Below, piece by piece: positions 48,350 through 59,200 of a stretch of DNA of 64,000 nucleotides. The stretch is from Scenedesmus sp. PABB004. Taxonomy: Eukaryota. The stretch covers positions 186,001-250,000 of the forward strand of contig CM026547.1 in NCBI GenBank assembly GCA_014905635.1, given 5' to 3'. Position numbers and translations under genes: made by a program. Below the pieces are notes generated by a model that was given only the letters and a program-made list of their open reading frames with translations, was not told the origin of the DNA and did not search any database. Positions within the stretch are counted from its first letter, which is position 1; the number at the start of each line of letters is the position of its first letter.

Positions 48350-49659
48350 GGCGGTGGACTGCGGGGCGCGGCGGCGCGGGCGGCGCGCGCGGGCGGCGTG
48401 GGGCGGCGCGCGCGCAGCAGCAGCGGCGGCGCGCTGCGCGCCCCGCGCGCGCCGGGCGGGGCGCCGCGCCCGCCGCGGCCCCGCTGGCGCGGCCCCGGGC
48501 CCCATGCTGGCACCGCGGGTCCGCCGGGGTGCCTCGAGCGGCGCGTGGCCGCACCTGGGCGGGTCGAGAGCAGCAGGACGCGGGCGGGATGCCGGCCTGC
48601 GCGCGGGGCCGGCGGGGCGCGGGCGCTGGAGCATGGGCGCGAGTTCGGGGCGCACCGGGCGGCCACGCCGAGCCGCGAGGCGCGCCCACGGCCTCCCACG
48701 CGCCCCGCTGCTGCGCGTGACGGCCTCACGCGAGGCTGAAGAGGGCTTGCAGAGGAGCTGGAGGACGGCTGTGGCGGTGGAGTGGGGCCGGAGGCGGGGG
48801 CGAGGCGGCATGAGCGCGCCGCGCCGCGGCGACCGGCTGTAGCACGCCACTACGGCCGCCCGCCTCCCGCCGGTCGCAAACAGCACGGGGCGGGCCCGCG
48901 GGCCGGATCGTGGTGGGAGGGAGCGCTGGGCGCCCGCCGGCGGCGCGCGGCAGCCGGCAGCAAGGCGGTCGCGATCGGCGCGGCGCGCGAACGCAGGGCG
49001 CCGGTGCTGCTGCGCAGCCCGCCGCCACGGAGAGCGCCGCCGCCGCCGCCGCGCGCCGCCGGCGGGCGCCCAGCGCTGCCTCCCACCACGATCCGGCCCG
49101 CGGGCCCGCCCCGTGCTGTTTGCGACCGGCGGGAGGCGGGCGGCCGTAGTGGCGTGCTACAGCCGGTCGCCGCGGCGCGGCGCGCTCATGCCGCCTCGCC
49201 CCCGCCTCCGGCCCCACTCCACCGCCACAGCCGTCCTCCAGCTCCTCTGCAAGCCCTCTTCAGCCTCGCGTGAGGCCGTCACGCGCAGCAGCGGGGCGCG
49301 TGGGAGGCCGTGGGCGCGCCTCGCGGCTCGGCGTGGCCGCCCGGTGCGCCCCGAACTCGCGCCCATGCTCCAGCGCCCGCGCCCCGCCGGCCCCGCGCGC
49401 AGGCCGGCATCCCGCCCGCGTCCTGCTGCTCTCGACCCGCCCAGGTGCGGCCACGCGCCGCTCGAGGCACCCCGGCGGACCCGCGGTGCCAGCATGGGGC
49501 CCGGGGCCGCGCCAGCGGGGCCGCGGCGGCGCGGCGCCCCGCCCGGCGCGCGCGGGGCGCGCAGCGCGCCGCCGCTGCTGCTGCGCGCGCGCCGCCCCAC
49601 ACGCCCGCGCGCGCCGCCCGCGCCGCCGCGCCGCGCAGTCCACCGCCATGGCGCCCAAG
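48338..49659. repeat. Long inverted repeat: arms ~48338-48951 and ~49048-49659, ~96-bp unique spacer
   Basis: Arms are reverse complements with symmetry centre ~48999.5, also shown by mirror-image ORFs in the track (48850..49089 vs 48910..49149). Few differences, e.g. 48921/49078 and near the intron 3' end. Confidence 0.97.
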
Positions 49660-49848
49660 GCCGCGGCCAAGAAGGCGGAGCCCGAGGAGAAGGAGCCGGG
49701 GCAGTGCGTCGCGTTGACGCTCAAGGGCCACCGCTGCACCAACGTCACGACCCGCACCGTCAAGGGCGCCCACCGCTGCCACGCCCACCGCGCCTACAGC
49801 AAGTACCCCGCCTTTGACGAGGTGGAGGCGGACGAGTCCTCCGAGTAG
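49648..49848 (+). CDS. 66-aa C-x9-C-x13-C-x2-H zinc-finger-like microprotein with acidic tail (right copy)
   Basis: 5' UTR intron 49445-49638, CACCGCCATGG, MAPKAAAKKAEPEEKEPGQCVALTLKGHRCTNVTTRTVKGAHRCHAHRAYSKYPAFDEVEADESSE*; strong GC3 codon bias. Confidence 0.8.
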   Translation: MAPKAAAKKAEPEEKEPGQCVALTLKGHRCTNVTTRTVKGAHRCHAHRAYSKYPAFDEVEADESSE

Positions 49849-50386
49849 CGCGGGCCCCGCGCCGGCCCAACCTGCCGAGCCCTGGGGGCGGGAGGCGCGC
49901 CGCGCGCGCGGCGGCCGAGTTGGCGCGCGCTGCGCCGCGCGTTGGCGTTGGCGTTGCACGTTGAGGCGGCAGGTTTGGGGGGCAGGCAGGGCCGTCGGTC
50001 GCGCCCAGGTAACGCGCTGCCGCTCGGCGCCGCCGGCGGCGCCGCTCGGCCGCCCACCAGCGCGCGCCGCGTGCCGCCACCTCCGCGCCGAGCTGCCTGG
50101 CCGGCGCGCGCGCCGCCGCCGCCGCCGCCGCCGCAGCCGCCGCGCCGCCGCCGGTGCCGCAGCTGCCCAGCTCCTGGCGCTGGCCCAGCTCTTCGCCGCT
50201 CGCGCGCCGCGGCCGGGGCGCGTGCAGAACCGCACCGCCTGCTCGCCAACGGTGCTCTGCTTCCCTCTGCTCTGCTCCCTCCACACACACCTGAGCAGCT
50301 CGTGCGCCCAGCCCGCGCGGAGCGAGAGCAGCTGGCCCCGCCGGTCGGCCGCCGTTTCAAACGCGGCGCGCTGCCGCCGCCGCGCG

Positions 50387-51139
50387 ATGCAGCCCGCCAT
50401 CCGCTGCGCCGACCCGCCTGAGGCGCCGTCGGTGCACTGGCTGCCGTTCGGCATCGGCCATGAGGGCCCCGCGGCCGTGGGGACCTACTGGGCGGTCGAG
50501 CCAGGCGCGGCCGCTGCTGCTGCCCACGCCGCCGCCCCCGCGCAGCGCCGCCTCCCCCTTGCGCGCGCCTCATGCTCTGACCACGCCGCAGAGGCGTCCG
50601 GGGACGGCAGCGGCGCCGCCGTGTGCACCGCGCACTTTCGCGGCCGGCGGCTCAAGGGTGGGGCACGCCCGCCGCGTGCGCGCGCGCGCGCCGGGGCGGC
50701 CGCCGACTGCGCGCGCGCCCCGCGCGTGCTCACGCCGCCGCCGCGCGCCCGCCCACCCACACAGGCGCGCACAAGCAGCTGCCGGCGGGCTTCCGCGGCC
50801 TGGTGCTGCGCCCCGCGGGCGGCGGGGCGGCGCCGACACCGAGCAGCGCAGCTGGCAGGCGGTGCAGCAGTTCCGGGGCCTCACGCTCTGGAACCACGAC
50901 GCGCCGCCCGCGCCCAGCGACTGGCACGCGCGCTGTATCGACTGGCTCGCGCTGGCGGAGCAGGCGCGCGCTGGGCGCGCTGGGCGCGCTGGGCGTGTCG
51001 TGCCGGGCCCGGGGCCGAGCGCGGGGCCGCCTGCTGCGCCGCTCCGCAGGTGCACGCGCCGGTGACGCTGGAGGCGGTCGAGGCGGAGCTGGCGAGCATG
51101 CAGCAGCAGCAGCAGCAGCAGGGTGGCGGCGGGAGCTGA
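50387..51139 (+). CDS. RNASEH2C: Ribonuclease H2 subunit C; apparent 1-nt frameshift near 50825
   Basis: VHWLPFGIGHEGPAAVGTYW, AHFRGRRLKG, LPAGFRGLVL, FRGLTLWNHDAPP, CIDWLALAEQVH. Confidence 0.9.
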   Translation: MQPAIRCADPPEAPSVHWLPFGIGHEGPAAVGTYWAVEPGAAAAAAHAAAPAQRRLPLARASCSDHAAEASGDGSGAAVCTAHFRGRRLKGGARPPRARARAGAAADCARAPRVLTPPPRARPPTQARTSSCRRASAAWCCAPRAAGRRRHRAAQLAGGAAVPGPHALEPRRAARAQRLARALYRLARAGGAGARWARWARWACRAGPGAERGAACCAAPQVHAPVTLEAVEAELASMQQQQQQQGGGGS

Positions 51140-51784
51140 GCTGGGGATGGATGCGTGGTTGCGTTACAGGCGCCGCGGGCGGCGAGAGCGCAGTGACGAT
51201 GATGAGCGTGCCAGCCGGGCGGCCAGCCCTGGAGGGCGCGGCGACCCCCGCAGTGCGTGTTATCTCTAGTCGGCGGCCCCGATGACGGCTGCGCCTCAAA
51301 ACGCCGGGCCGCAAGCACGCACACACGCAAAGCACGCACAGCACGCACGCGACAACTGGCAGCAGACGCCAGCGCTCCGCCCCAGGGGATCGCGCCGGCG
51401 CCGGTGCGCCGCTCCCGTCCCGCGCGCTGCAGTGGGGCTGGCACCGCCCATGATCGCCCTGGCCCTAGGTCAAGTGCTGCTCACGTTCCTGCGAGCGCGG
51501 CTCTGCGTCGCAGCAGGCCCGCCGCCGGCTGCGCCCCGCCTGGCGGCCGGGCGGCAAATCATCCATCGTCCCTCCCCGCCGCCCTCTCCCTGCAGCGCCG
51601 GTCTCGCAGCGCGCGGGCGTGCACGCGTCGCGCGCGCGCGGGCGCGCTCGGCGGCGCCGCCAGCGGGGCGGGCGCCGCCGCCCTGGAGGGAGACGAGCTC
51701 GTCTCCGCTGCCCCCCGCCCTCTCCCTGCCCCCAGCCGCGCCGCGCCGCGCCGCGCCGCGCGCTGCCCCGGCAGTGCCGCCAGG

Positions 51785-54370
51785 TCAGTCATCGACCAGC
51801 ACCACGCGCGCGTCGCACAGCTCGGGGTGGAGGTGCTTGTACTTGGCAAAGAGCTCCACCAGCGAGCTGTAGTAGGCGCTGCGGGTTCGATGGGCGCCGC
51901 GGGCGGCAGCAGCAGTGAGCGCGAGCGGGCGGCGGCAGTGAGCGCGAGCGGGCGGCGCGGCGCCGCCGGCGCGGTGGCAGTCGCCATCAGCACCTGTGCA
52001 GCGCGTCGACGTCGGCCTGCGCCGCCGGCACGCCCGGCGCGAGCGGCGGCGGCGTGAGCGGCGCGCCCACGACGTACACGAGCGGCGTGCGGCGCGGGAA
52101 CGGCGTCACGCCCCAGCGCCCGGTCAATATGAAGGGGACCGGGAAGCCTAAGGCGGCGCGGGAGCACGCGGCGGCGACGGCAGGTGGCAGGCGGGCAGAC
52201 GAGCAAGCGTGGGCCGGCGCCTGCGGGCGCGCGCGCACGCGCTGTGCTGCGCGGCGCGCTGCGTCGGTTCGCTTTCGAGTCTGCGCATGTCCCTGCTCCG
52301 CGCGCACCGAAGCGCTTGTAGGTGAACTGCGCGAGCGCCGGCAGGTCCACGGCGTTGCGCAGCTGCAGGCTCTCGCCCAGCGCCAGCACCGGCACGAGCG
52401 CCGCCTGGTGCTCGATCGCGATCCTGCGGCGGCACCGCGGCGGCGCGGCGGCTGAGCGCAGCGCAGCGCGCGAGGCCGGGGCGGCGTGGTGGCGCGCGTG
52501 CGCGCGGCACGCGGCGCCGCGGCGCGGCGCGCCGCGCCTGCAGAAGCCCTTGTGCCGCGTGTGCAGCACGAGCTCGCGCGCGCCCGCGCGGAACGCGCGG
52601 CCCGTATGCACCAGCTCCGCCTGCCCGCCGGGGCAAAACATGATGGCGCCGGCCTCCTCGAGCGCGGCGAGGAAGGTGGGGCGCGAGACCTGGCGGAAGC
52701 CCGCCCAGCTGATGACGTCGCGGATGAACGGCGGCGCGAAGAGCGCGCTCGCCGCGAGGCTCACGGGCGGCGGCCGCCCCGGCGGCAGGCCGGTTCGGAA
52801 GCTCGGCATCATCGGCAGGAAGCCCGCGCCGGTCGGGTAGAGGCCGTGCGGCGCGAAACCGTACATGACCTTTTTGCCGGCCGCGCCGGCGCCCCCCGCT
52901 GCCGGCCGGGCGCCCTCCTCGGCTGCGCCCGGCGGCTGCGCGCCGGCGTGCGCCGGCGCGTCGTGGACGACGCGGACGTGCCCAAACCAGTGCGCGAGCG
53001 AGCCCTCAATGTTGGCCTCAAACCAGGAGAGCAGCCACGGCCAGCGCCGGCGGCCTGCGGCGGCCCGCGCGCAGCGGCGGCGGCGCGTGGTCGGCCGGCG
53101 CACGCGCGCGCCCACACACGGGGCGCAGGCACGCCACGGGCACGGCGCGGCGCGGCGCGGCGCGCACCCGTGTGCGCGGGGCGGCCGGCCGAGGAGAGCG
53201 CGTAGTAAGGCACCAGGAAGGCGGCCCAGCCGGTGAGCGCGGCGCGCGTGGGCAGGAAGGCAAAGGAGAGCGCCCAGAGGCTGAAGAAGACGTGGACTGG
53301 CAGGTACATCAGCAGCACCTGCGCGGTGGGAGGGCGGATGGCAGAGGCAGGGGCGGCGCCGGCGGCGGCCAGCGGTCGGCGGCGCAGCGGCGCAGCGGCG
53401 CAGTGGCGGCGGTGGCGCGCGCGCCGCACGCACTGGCATGTTGGCGCCGACCCAGCCCTGCCGCGGCTGCAGCGTCGAGCTCAGCGCGCCGCTCGCGGCG
53501 CGGATGAGCTTGGCGGCGGCGCTCTTGGGCCCCCGGAAGAGCAGCAGGGACACGGCCAGCATCTGCGCGCCGCAGCGCGCCGCGGCGCGGTGAGCGGGCA
53601 GGCAGCACGGCCGCCGCCGACCGCGCGCCGCCGGGCGCAGCCCACCGCACCCCGCCCCCGCCCCCAGCGCCGCCGCGCCGCGCCGCGCACCGCCTGCGCC
53701 AGCAGCATGAGCGCGCCCGCGCCGATGGCCCAGCAGCGGAAGCACGCCGCCACGCCAGCCGCGAGCTGCTGCAGCAGCGCAACGAGGAGCACCACGGTCG
53801 CCGCAAACGTGCTCCACGAGATCGCCTGCGTCGTCACAAACGCTGTCCCGCCTGCGCGCGCGCGCGCGCGCGCGCGTGCGCGCGTCGGCGGCGGCCGCAG
53901 GCGCTCGCGCGCGCCCCCGGGCAGCGTGCGCCCCGGGCGGCGCCCGCGGCGCGCGCCGCACCCTCAAACGGCTGCACAAACCGCCAGACGCCCTCGCCGC
54001 CCCCGCCCGCGCCGCCGTAGCGCAGCCAGCCGCCCAGGCCGTAGGTGGTGCTCGCGGCGATAAGGAGGCAGCAGAGCGAGAGGCAGCAGTAGAGCACGCT
54101 GCGGCGGCGCCGGCGGTGGCGGCGGCGCGGGCGGGGCGGGGCGCGCTCGGCCGCGACGGGCGACGGGTGCCGGGCGGGCGCGGCGGGAGGGCGTGCGCGG
54201 CGCGGCGGCGGGGCGCGGCGGGTGTGCCCCGCCGGGCGTCAAAAGCCAGGCGGCGCACCGCGAGGGGATGTCAGGGAGGTATTCGAGCGCGAGCAGCAGC
54301 AGGCAGCCGGTCAGGGAGAGGAGCAGCCCGAGGCCTACGACCACCGCCGACGCGAGCACGGGGCGCGGCT

Positions 54371-54401
<31 letters not shown>

Positions 54402-55166
54402 GCGTCGTCGGCCGGCGGCGCGCGGCGCACATGGCGCGCGTGCTGCGCGGCGCGGCGCGCGTGCCTTGATGCGCGGCGGCGTGGCCGCGCGGCCGCCGTG
54501 CGCCGGCGCTGCCTTGCTGTCGTCATACACGAGGATGGCCTGCGCGGGCCGGCGGCAGGCGGCTGATCACGCGCGCGGCGCCGCGTGCCGCGCGGGCGCA
54601 AGCGCGGGCGCGGGCGCGCGGCGCTGGTGCTGGGCGACGCAAGGCCGCGGGCGGCGCTGGTGCCGGGCGGCAGCGGGCGGCGCGCGGCCGCGGGCGTCGC
54701 GCCTTGATGCTGAAGAGCCACGCCACGAAGCTGACCGCCGCGGCGGCGCCGCTGATGACGTCGACGTGAGTGTTCGGTACGGTCGGGAGGTCCTTGGCCA
54801 GCGCGTAGCGGCCCGGCAGCAGCGCCAGCAGCACCGGGAGGAAGGTGAGCAGGGAGAACGTCCAAAGCAGCTGCGGGCACGGCCGGCGGCGGCGTCGGCG
54901 GCGCGCGCGAGCGGCGCGGCGGGCGCCCGTCGGCAGGGCCCGTGTGGGCGCACCCAGCTCATGAGCTGCAGCACGACGTGGCGGTTGCCGCCGGTGAAGG
55001 GGAAGACCAGCAGCGGCCGCCACCCCTCGCTGTGCCGCGGGCAGCGGAGCGCCACGCCGACCGCGTGGGTGGCCGGGACCGACACCAGGCAGGTGCCCAC
55101 CACGGGGTACGACAGCCGCGACAGCGCCCAGTACACGGCGTCGGCGGCGGCGAGGGCTGCCGCCAT
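51785..55166 (-). CDS. Type-2 diacylglycerol acyltransferase (DGAT2/DAGAT family) with long multi-TM N-terminal extension
   Basis: MYGFAPHGLYP (HPHG-like), ASALFAPPFIRD, FCPGGQAE, RHKGFC-IAIEHQAALVPVLALGE, PFPRRTPLVYVVGAP, VDALH-YYSSLVELFAKYK. Upstream exons are hydrophobic. Confidence 0.88.
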
Positions 55167-56281
55167 GGCGTCGGCGGCGAGCAGCGCCGCGACAGCAGGC
55201 TGCGCAGCCGCTCCCGGGGAGAGAGATGCCGACGGCTGAGCGTCAGGGGCACATGCCGCGACAACGCGCGCGCCGCTCGCAGGCGGCGCGCGCGCCGCCG
55301 CGCTCGAACGCGCCCCGCCGCTGCTGCGAGCGCGCTCGCGCGCAAGGGCCAGGCGGCTGGCGGCGCTGGTGCCGGGGAGCGAGAGCCGGGAAGTGGAGGC
55401 AGTGGGGCAGCGGACACGCGGGAGCGGGTGTTGCGAGCGCGGCAGCCGGGCGGGCGGGGCTGACGCGGTGCTGCGACGCGCGCCTCCGGCGGCGTTTCTT
55501 TTGACCACAACCACAATGAGCCAGTCTGCCGCCAGAGCACTAGTAACAGGGACTCACGCCGAGTCCGGCGGTGCCGGCAGCGGCGCCAGAACTGGCGCAC
55601 GCGGCTCCCAGTGCGCGCTCCCCGCCGGCAGCCCGTCATGATGGCTGCCGGCACCTGCTGATCAGCAGGTACCGCGGCGGGACGCCCCCCCCCCTCCCCC
55701 CGTCATCTCAGTCTTGCTTCCGTCCCCGGCCGCGCACGGGGCGGGGGCAACCCAACCAACCGCAGCAGTGCGCCAACCACCAGCAGCGCGCAGGCAGCAG
55801 CAGACCGGCGTGGTTGAGCGCGCCTCATCAAGCAGCAGCTCCGTCCCGCTCAGAAGGAAGGAAGGAATCAATCGCGCAGCGCGCCGCACAGCCGGGCGCG
55901 CGGCAGCGCGCGCCACGGCCGGCGGCCAGCCTTGCTTCTTCTTTTGTGCGGCGTGGTCAACCGGCGGGATTCAATCCGCCGTCACGCGAGTTCGGGTGCG
56001 CGAATTCAGGTACGTACGGGTGCGGGTGCCGCCGGCGCGCCGCGCTCGGATGACGGATACGCCGCCACGGTATCGAGGATTGGCATGTGCACATCGCGGG
56101 GCGTGCAAGTGATTGTGTGAGCTGCGCGCTGCAAACCAGATGTGCAGTGCAAGCAGGAATCAAACGGCAGGACTGTGCATCTTCAAGGAATGGGCCAGGC
56201 ATCGGCGCCGCCGGGGGCGCAACCACCGCAGGCGCGGCGCAGGCGCTCGGCCCCCGCCGCCCCGCGCCGCCTGGGCGTTGC

Positions 56282-59200
56282 TCAGGGGCGACAGTTGGCC
56301 GCCTCGTCGGCGCTGGTGGCGAGCCGCACCCTGCCGCCGGGCAGGGCCTCGATGGCGGCCTTGGCCTCGGCGAGGCCGGTGAGGCCAGGGTTGCCGAACA
56401 ATTCCAGGCAGCGCAGCTTGAACGTGGGCCCCGCCATGACCTGCCAGACCTGGGGCACCGTGCCGATGAACGCGTTGCCGCTCACGTCGAGCGCCACCAG
56501 CTCGCGCATGCTCGCGTAAGCCCCGGGCAGCGTGCCAGTGAACGCGTTGCCGCTCACGTCGAGCGCGGTCAGCGACGTCAGGCGCGCGAGCGCCTCGGGC
56601 AGCGGCCCGGTGAGCGCGTTGCCGCCGAGGCGCAGCTCCTGCGCGCGTGCCACCGCCGCAGGCGGCGAGGGGAGGCGGGTCGGCGCGCGCGGCGCGGCAC
56701 CACCCTGGCGGCGCGGGTTGGGCGGCGGCACTGCAACCCTGCGCGCAGCCCTGCGCCCGCGCTCGCACCTGGAGCTGCTCCAGGTCCGCAAAGGCCAGGG
56801 GGATGCTGCCGGCGAGGCCGCCGTTGCGGCTGAGGTCGAGGACGCGGAGCTGAGTGAGCGCGGCAAAGCCCGCGGGCAGCGGGCCGGACAGCTTGAGGCG
56901 CGACAGCACCAGCACCTCCAGCCGTTCCAGGCCCAGCACGCTGGGGCTCGCCGCGGCCGCGACCGCGGCGCCGGCGCTGGCACCGCTGCCACCGCCGCCG
57001 CGCAGGGCCGCCTCGGCCGCGCGCGCCGCGCGCGCCGCCACGACCGCATGCGCCCGCGGCGCCGCGCCGGGCGTGGCCGCGGCGGCGCGCGCCGCCGCCG
57101 CCGCGGCGCGCGCCTCGGCGAGCGCGGCGTCTGCGACGCGGCGCATCGCGGCCGCGTCGGCCCACTCTGCGGGCAGGCCGCCGCTGATGGGCGCGCCGCT
57201 GACGACCAGCTCGGTCAGGCTCTTGAGCAGGCCCAGGCTCGGCGGCAGCTCGCCGGACAGCCCGGTGCAGCCCGCCGCGCGCAGCACGCGGAGCTGCTGC
57301 AGCGACGCCCAGCCGGGCAGGCCGCCGGTGAGGCCGGTGCACTGCGACACGTCCAGGACCTGGAGCGCGGTCAGGCCGGCCCACATGTCTGGGATGGGGC
57401 CGGTGAGCGCGGGGTTGCGGCTGAGGTCCAGCACCTCGAGCGCGCCCTGGCGCATCGGCAGGTCCGCGGGCAGCGGCCCCGACACGCCGAGGCGGCTGAC
57501 GTTGAGGCTCCGGAGATAGGGCAGGTCTCCGAGCGCGTCGATCAGCTCCGACAGACTCAGCGCCGCGCCCGGGCGCAGCGTCAGCCCCAGGCCGGCGAGG
57601 TCGAGCCCCGACACGTGGTTGGACGCGTCGCACGAGACGCCCTTCCACAGCCGGCAGTAGCGCGGCGCGGTGCCGGGGCCTGGCAACGCGCGCGGGGGCG
57701 CGGGCGGGCGCGCGTGAGTGAGGGCGGCGCGGCGGCGGCCGAGGGCCGGCGGCGGGAGGGCCGGGTGCGGCCGCGCGCACCTGCGCCGATTGCGGGGTCG
57801 CCGGTCCAGTTGCCGAGCACGTCGACGTTGGTCACGCGCGTCCCGAGCAGCACCGCGAGGCCCTGCAGCGCGGCGACCTCGCTGCTGTTGCGCGCGCAGT
57901 CGGGCAGGAGGTTCGGCGTGAACGCGACGAGCCCGCTCGGGCGGCACCCTGAGATGCCGGCCGTGCCGAGCAGGTTGACGCAGCCGGACGAGAACCACGC
58001 CCACGACGCGGGGATGGCGCCGGTGACGTTGGTGCTGTCGACCCAGATGTTTGCGTAGCGCGGCATGACCTGCGCGTCGCCCCACTCGGACGGCATGGTG
58101 CCGCTGATGCGCGGGTTCTCGCCGAGCCACAGCATGCGCAGCTTCGCCGCGTCCTTGAGCCCCGGCGGCAGCGTGCCGCTCAGGTCGTTCTTGCCCAGGC
58201 CGAGGACCTCCAGGTTGGCCCAGCTCCCGTAGCTCCCCGGCACGGGGCCGGTGAGCCAGGAGTCGATGATCTGGAAGCTCCTCATGTAGGGGCTCGCGGC
58301 GGGGAGGTCGGGCGGGAGCAGCTGCTCGCTGCGGTTGGACCACTTGGGCGGGTAGAGCTCGCACCTGCGCCGCGCCGGCCGGCCGGCCGGCGCCGCACGC
58401 GGGGTCAGGTTCGGCGCGGTCGGCCGCCGCCGCCGAGGGCGCGCGCCGGCGCAAGCCCCGCCCCGCCCCGCCGCTGCGTCCCGCCCCGCCGCCGCACACC
58501 GCGCGCGCACGCAAGGCCGCCGCACCAGTTGCACTCGAAGTAGTCGAGGCGCGGCAGCGCGGCGGCAAGCTCCGTCATGCGCGCCATGCTCAGCGCGCCG
58601 CGCTCGCCCCTGATGGACGTGACGTAGGCGGTGCTGCCGATGAGGGTGATCGTGAGCGTCACGCGCACCTCCTCGCCCTCGCGGTAGCGCCGCGTCGCGC
58701 TGACCTGGTCGGCCGGCAGCACGCCGCTGAGCGGGCCGAGCGCGTCGAGCCACGCGCCCCAGCCGGCGCGGAACGCGGCCGCGTGCTCGTTGGGCCCCTT
58801 GGCGATGACGTCGGGCAGCACGCTGCGCAGCGCGTCGAGCTGGCGCGCCTCGGTGTCGAGGCGGTCGTTGCGGCAGAGGCCGGTGATCTGGGTGCCGCTG
58901 AAGCCGAGCGACGACGCCGCGCTGAACGGCGCGCAGCCGGTGAGGCCGGCGTTGCCGTCGAGCTTCAGGTCCACCAGCCCGCCCGCGCGCGCCGTGAGGC
59001 ACGACCACGTCACCGGCACGTCGCCAACCTGCGCCGGCCGCGCCGGGCGGGCGGCGCGCTGAGCGGGCGGGCGGCGCAGCGGGCGGCGCGACCGCGGGGG
59101 CGCGCCAGGCGCGGTGGCGCGCGCGGCGGGCGGCGCGGCGCGTGCGGCATCGCGCGGCGGCGCGTCGCGTCACGGCGGTGCGGCGCACCAGGTGGTTGTA

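Noticed and set aside
48338..49659. Inverted repeat as a MITE/foldback transposon
   Set aside because: The outer ends lie inside two homologous coding sequences, no target-site duplication is visible, and the arms contain a spliceosomal intron and start context. Multi-copy status was not testable, so not fully excluded.
11657..51121. CAG (poly-Q) tracts, (GT)n/(CA)n and poly-G/C runs
   Set aside because: Ordinary microsatellites and low-complexity tracts typical of green algal exons and introns.
55945..55985. GGCGGGATTCAATCCGCC hairpin resembling a tRNA T-arm
   Set aside because: No cloverleaf or properly spaced A/B boxes could be built.
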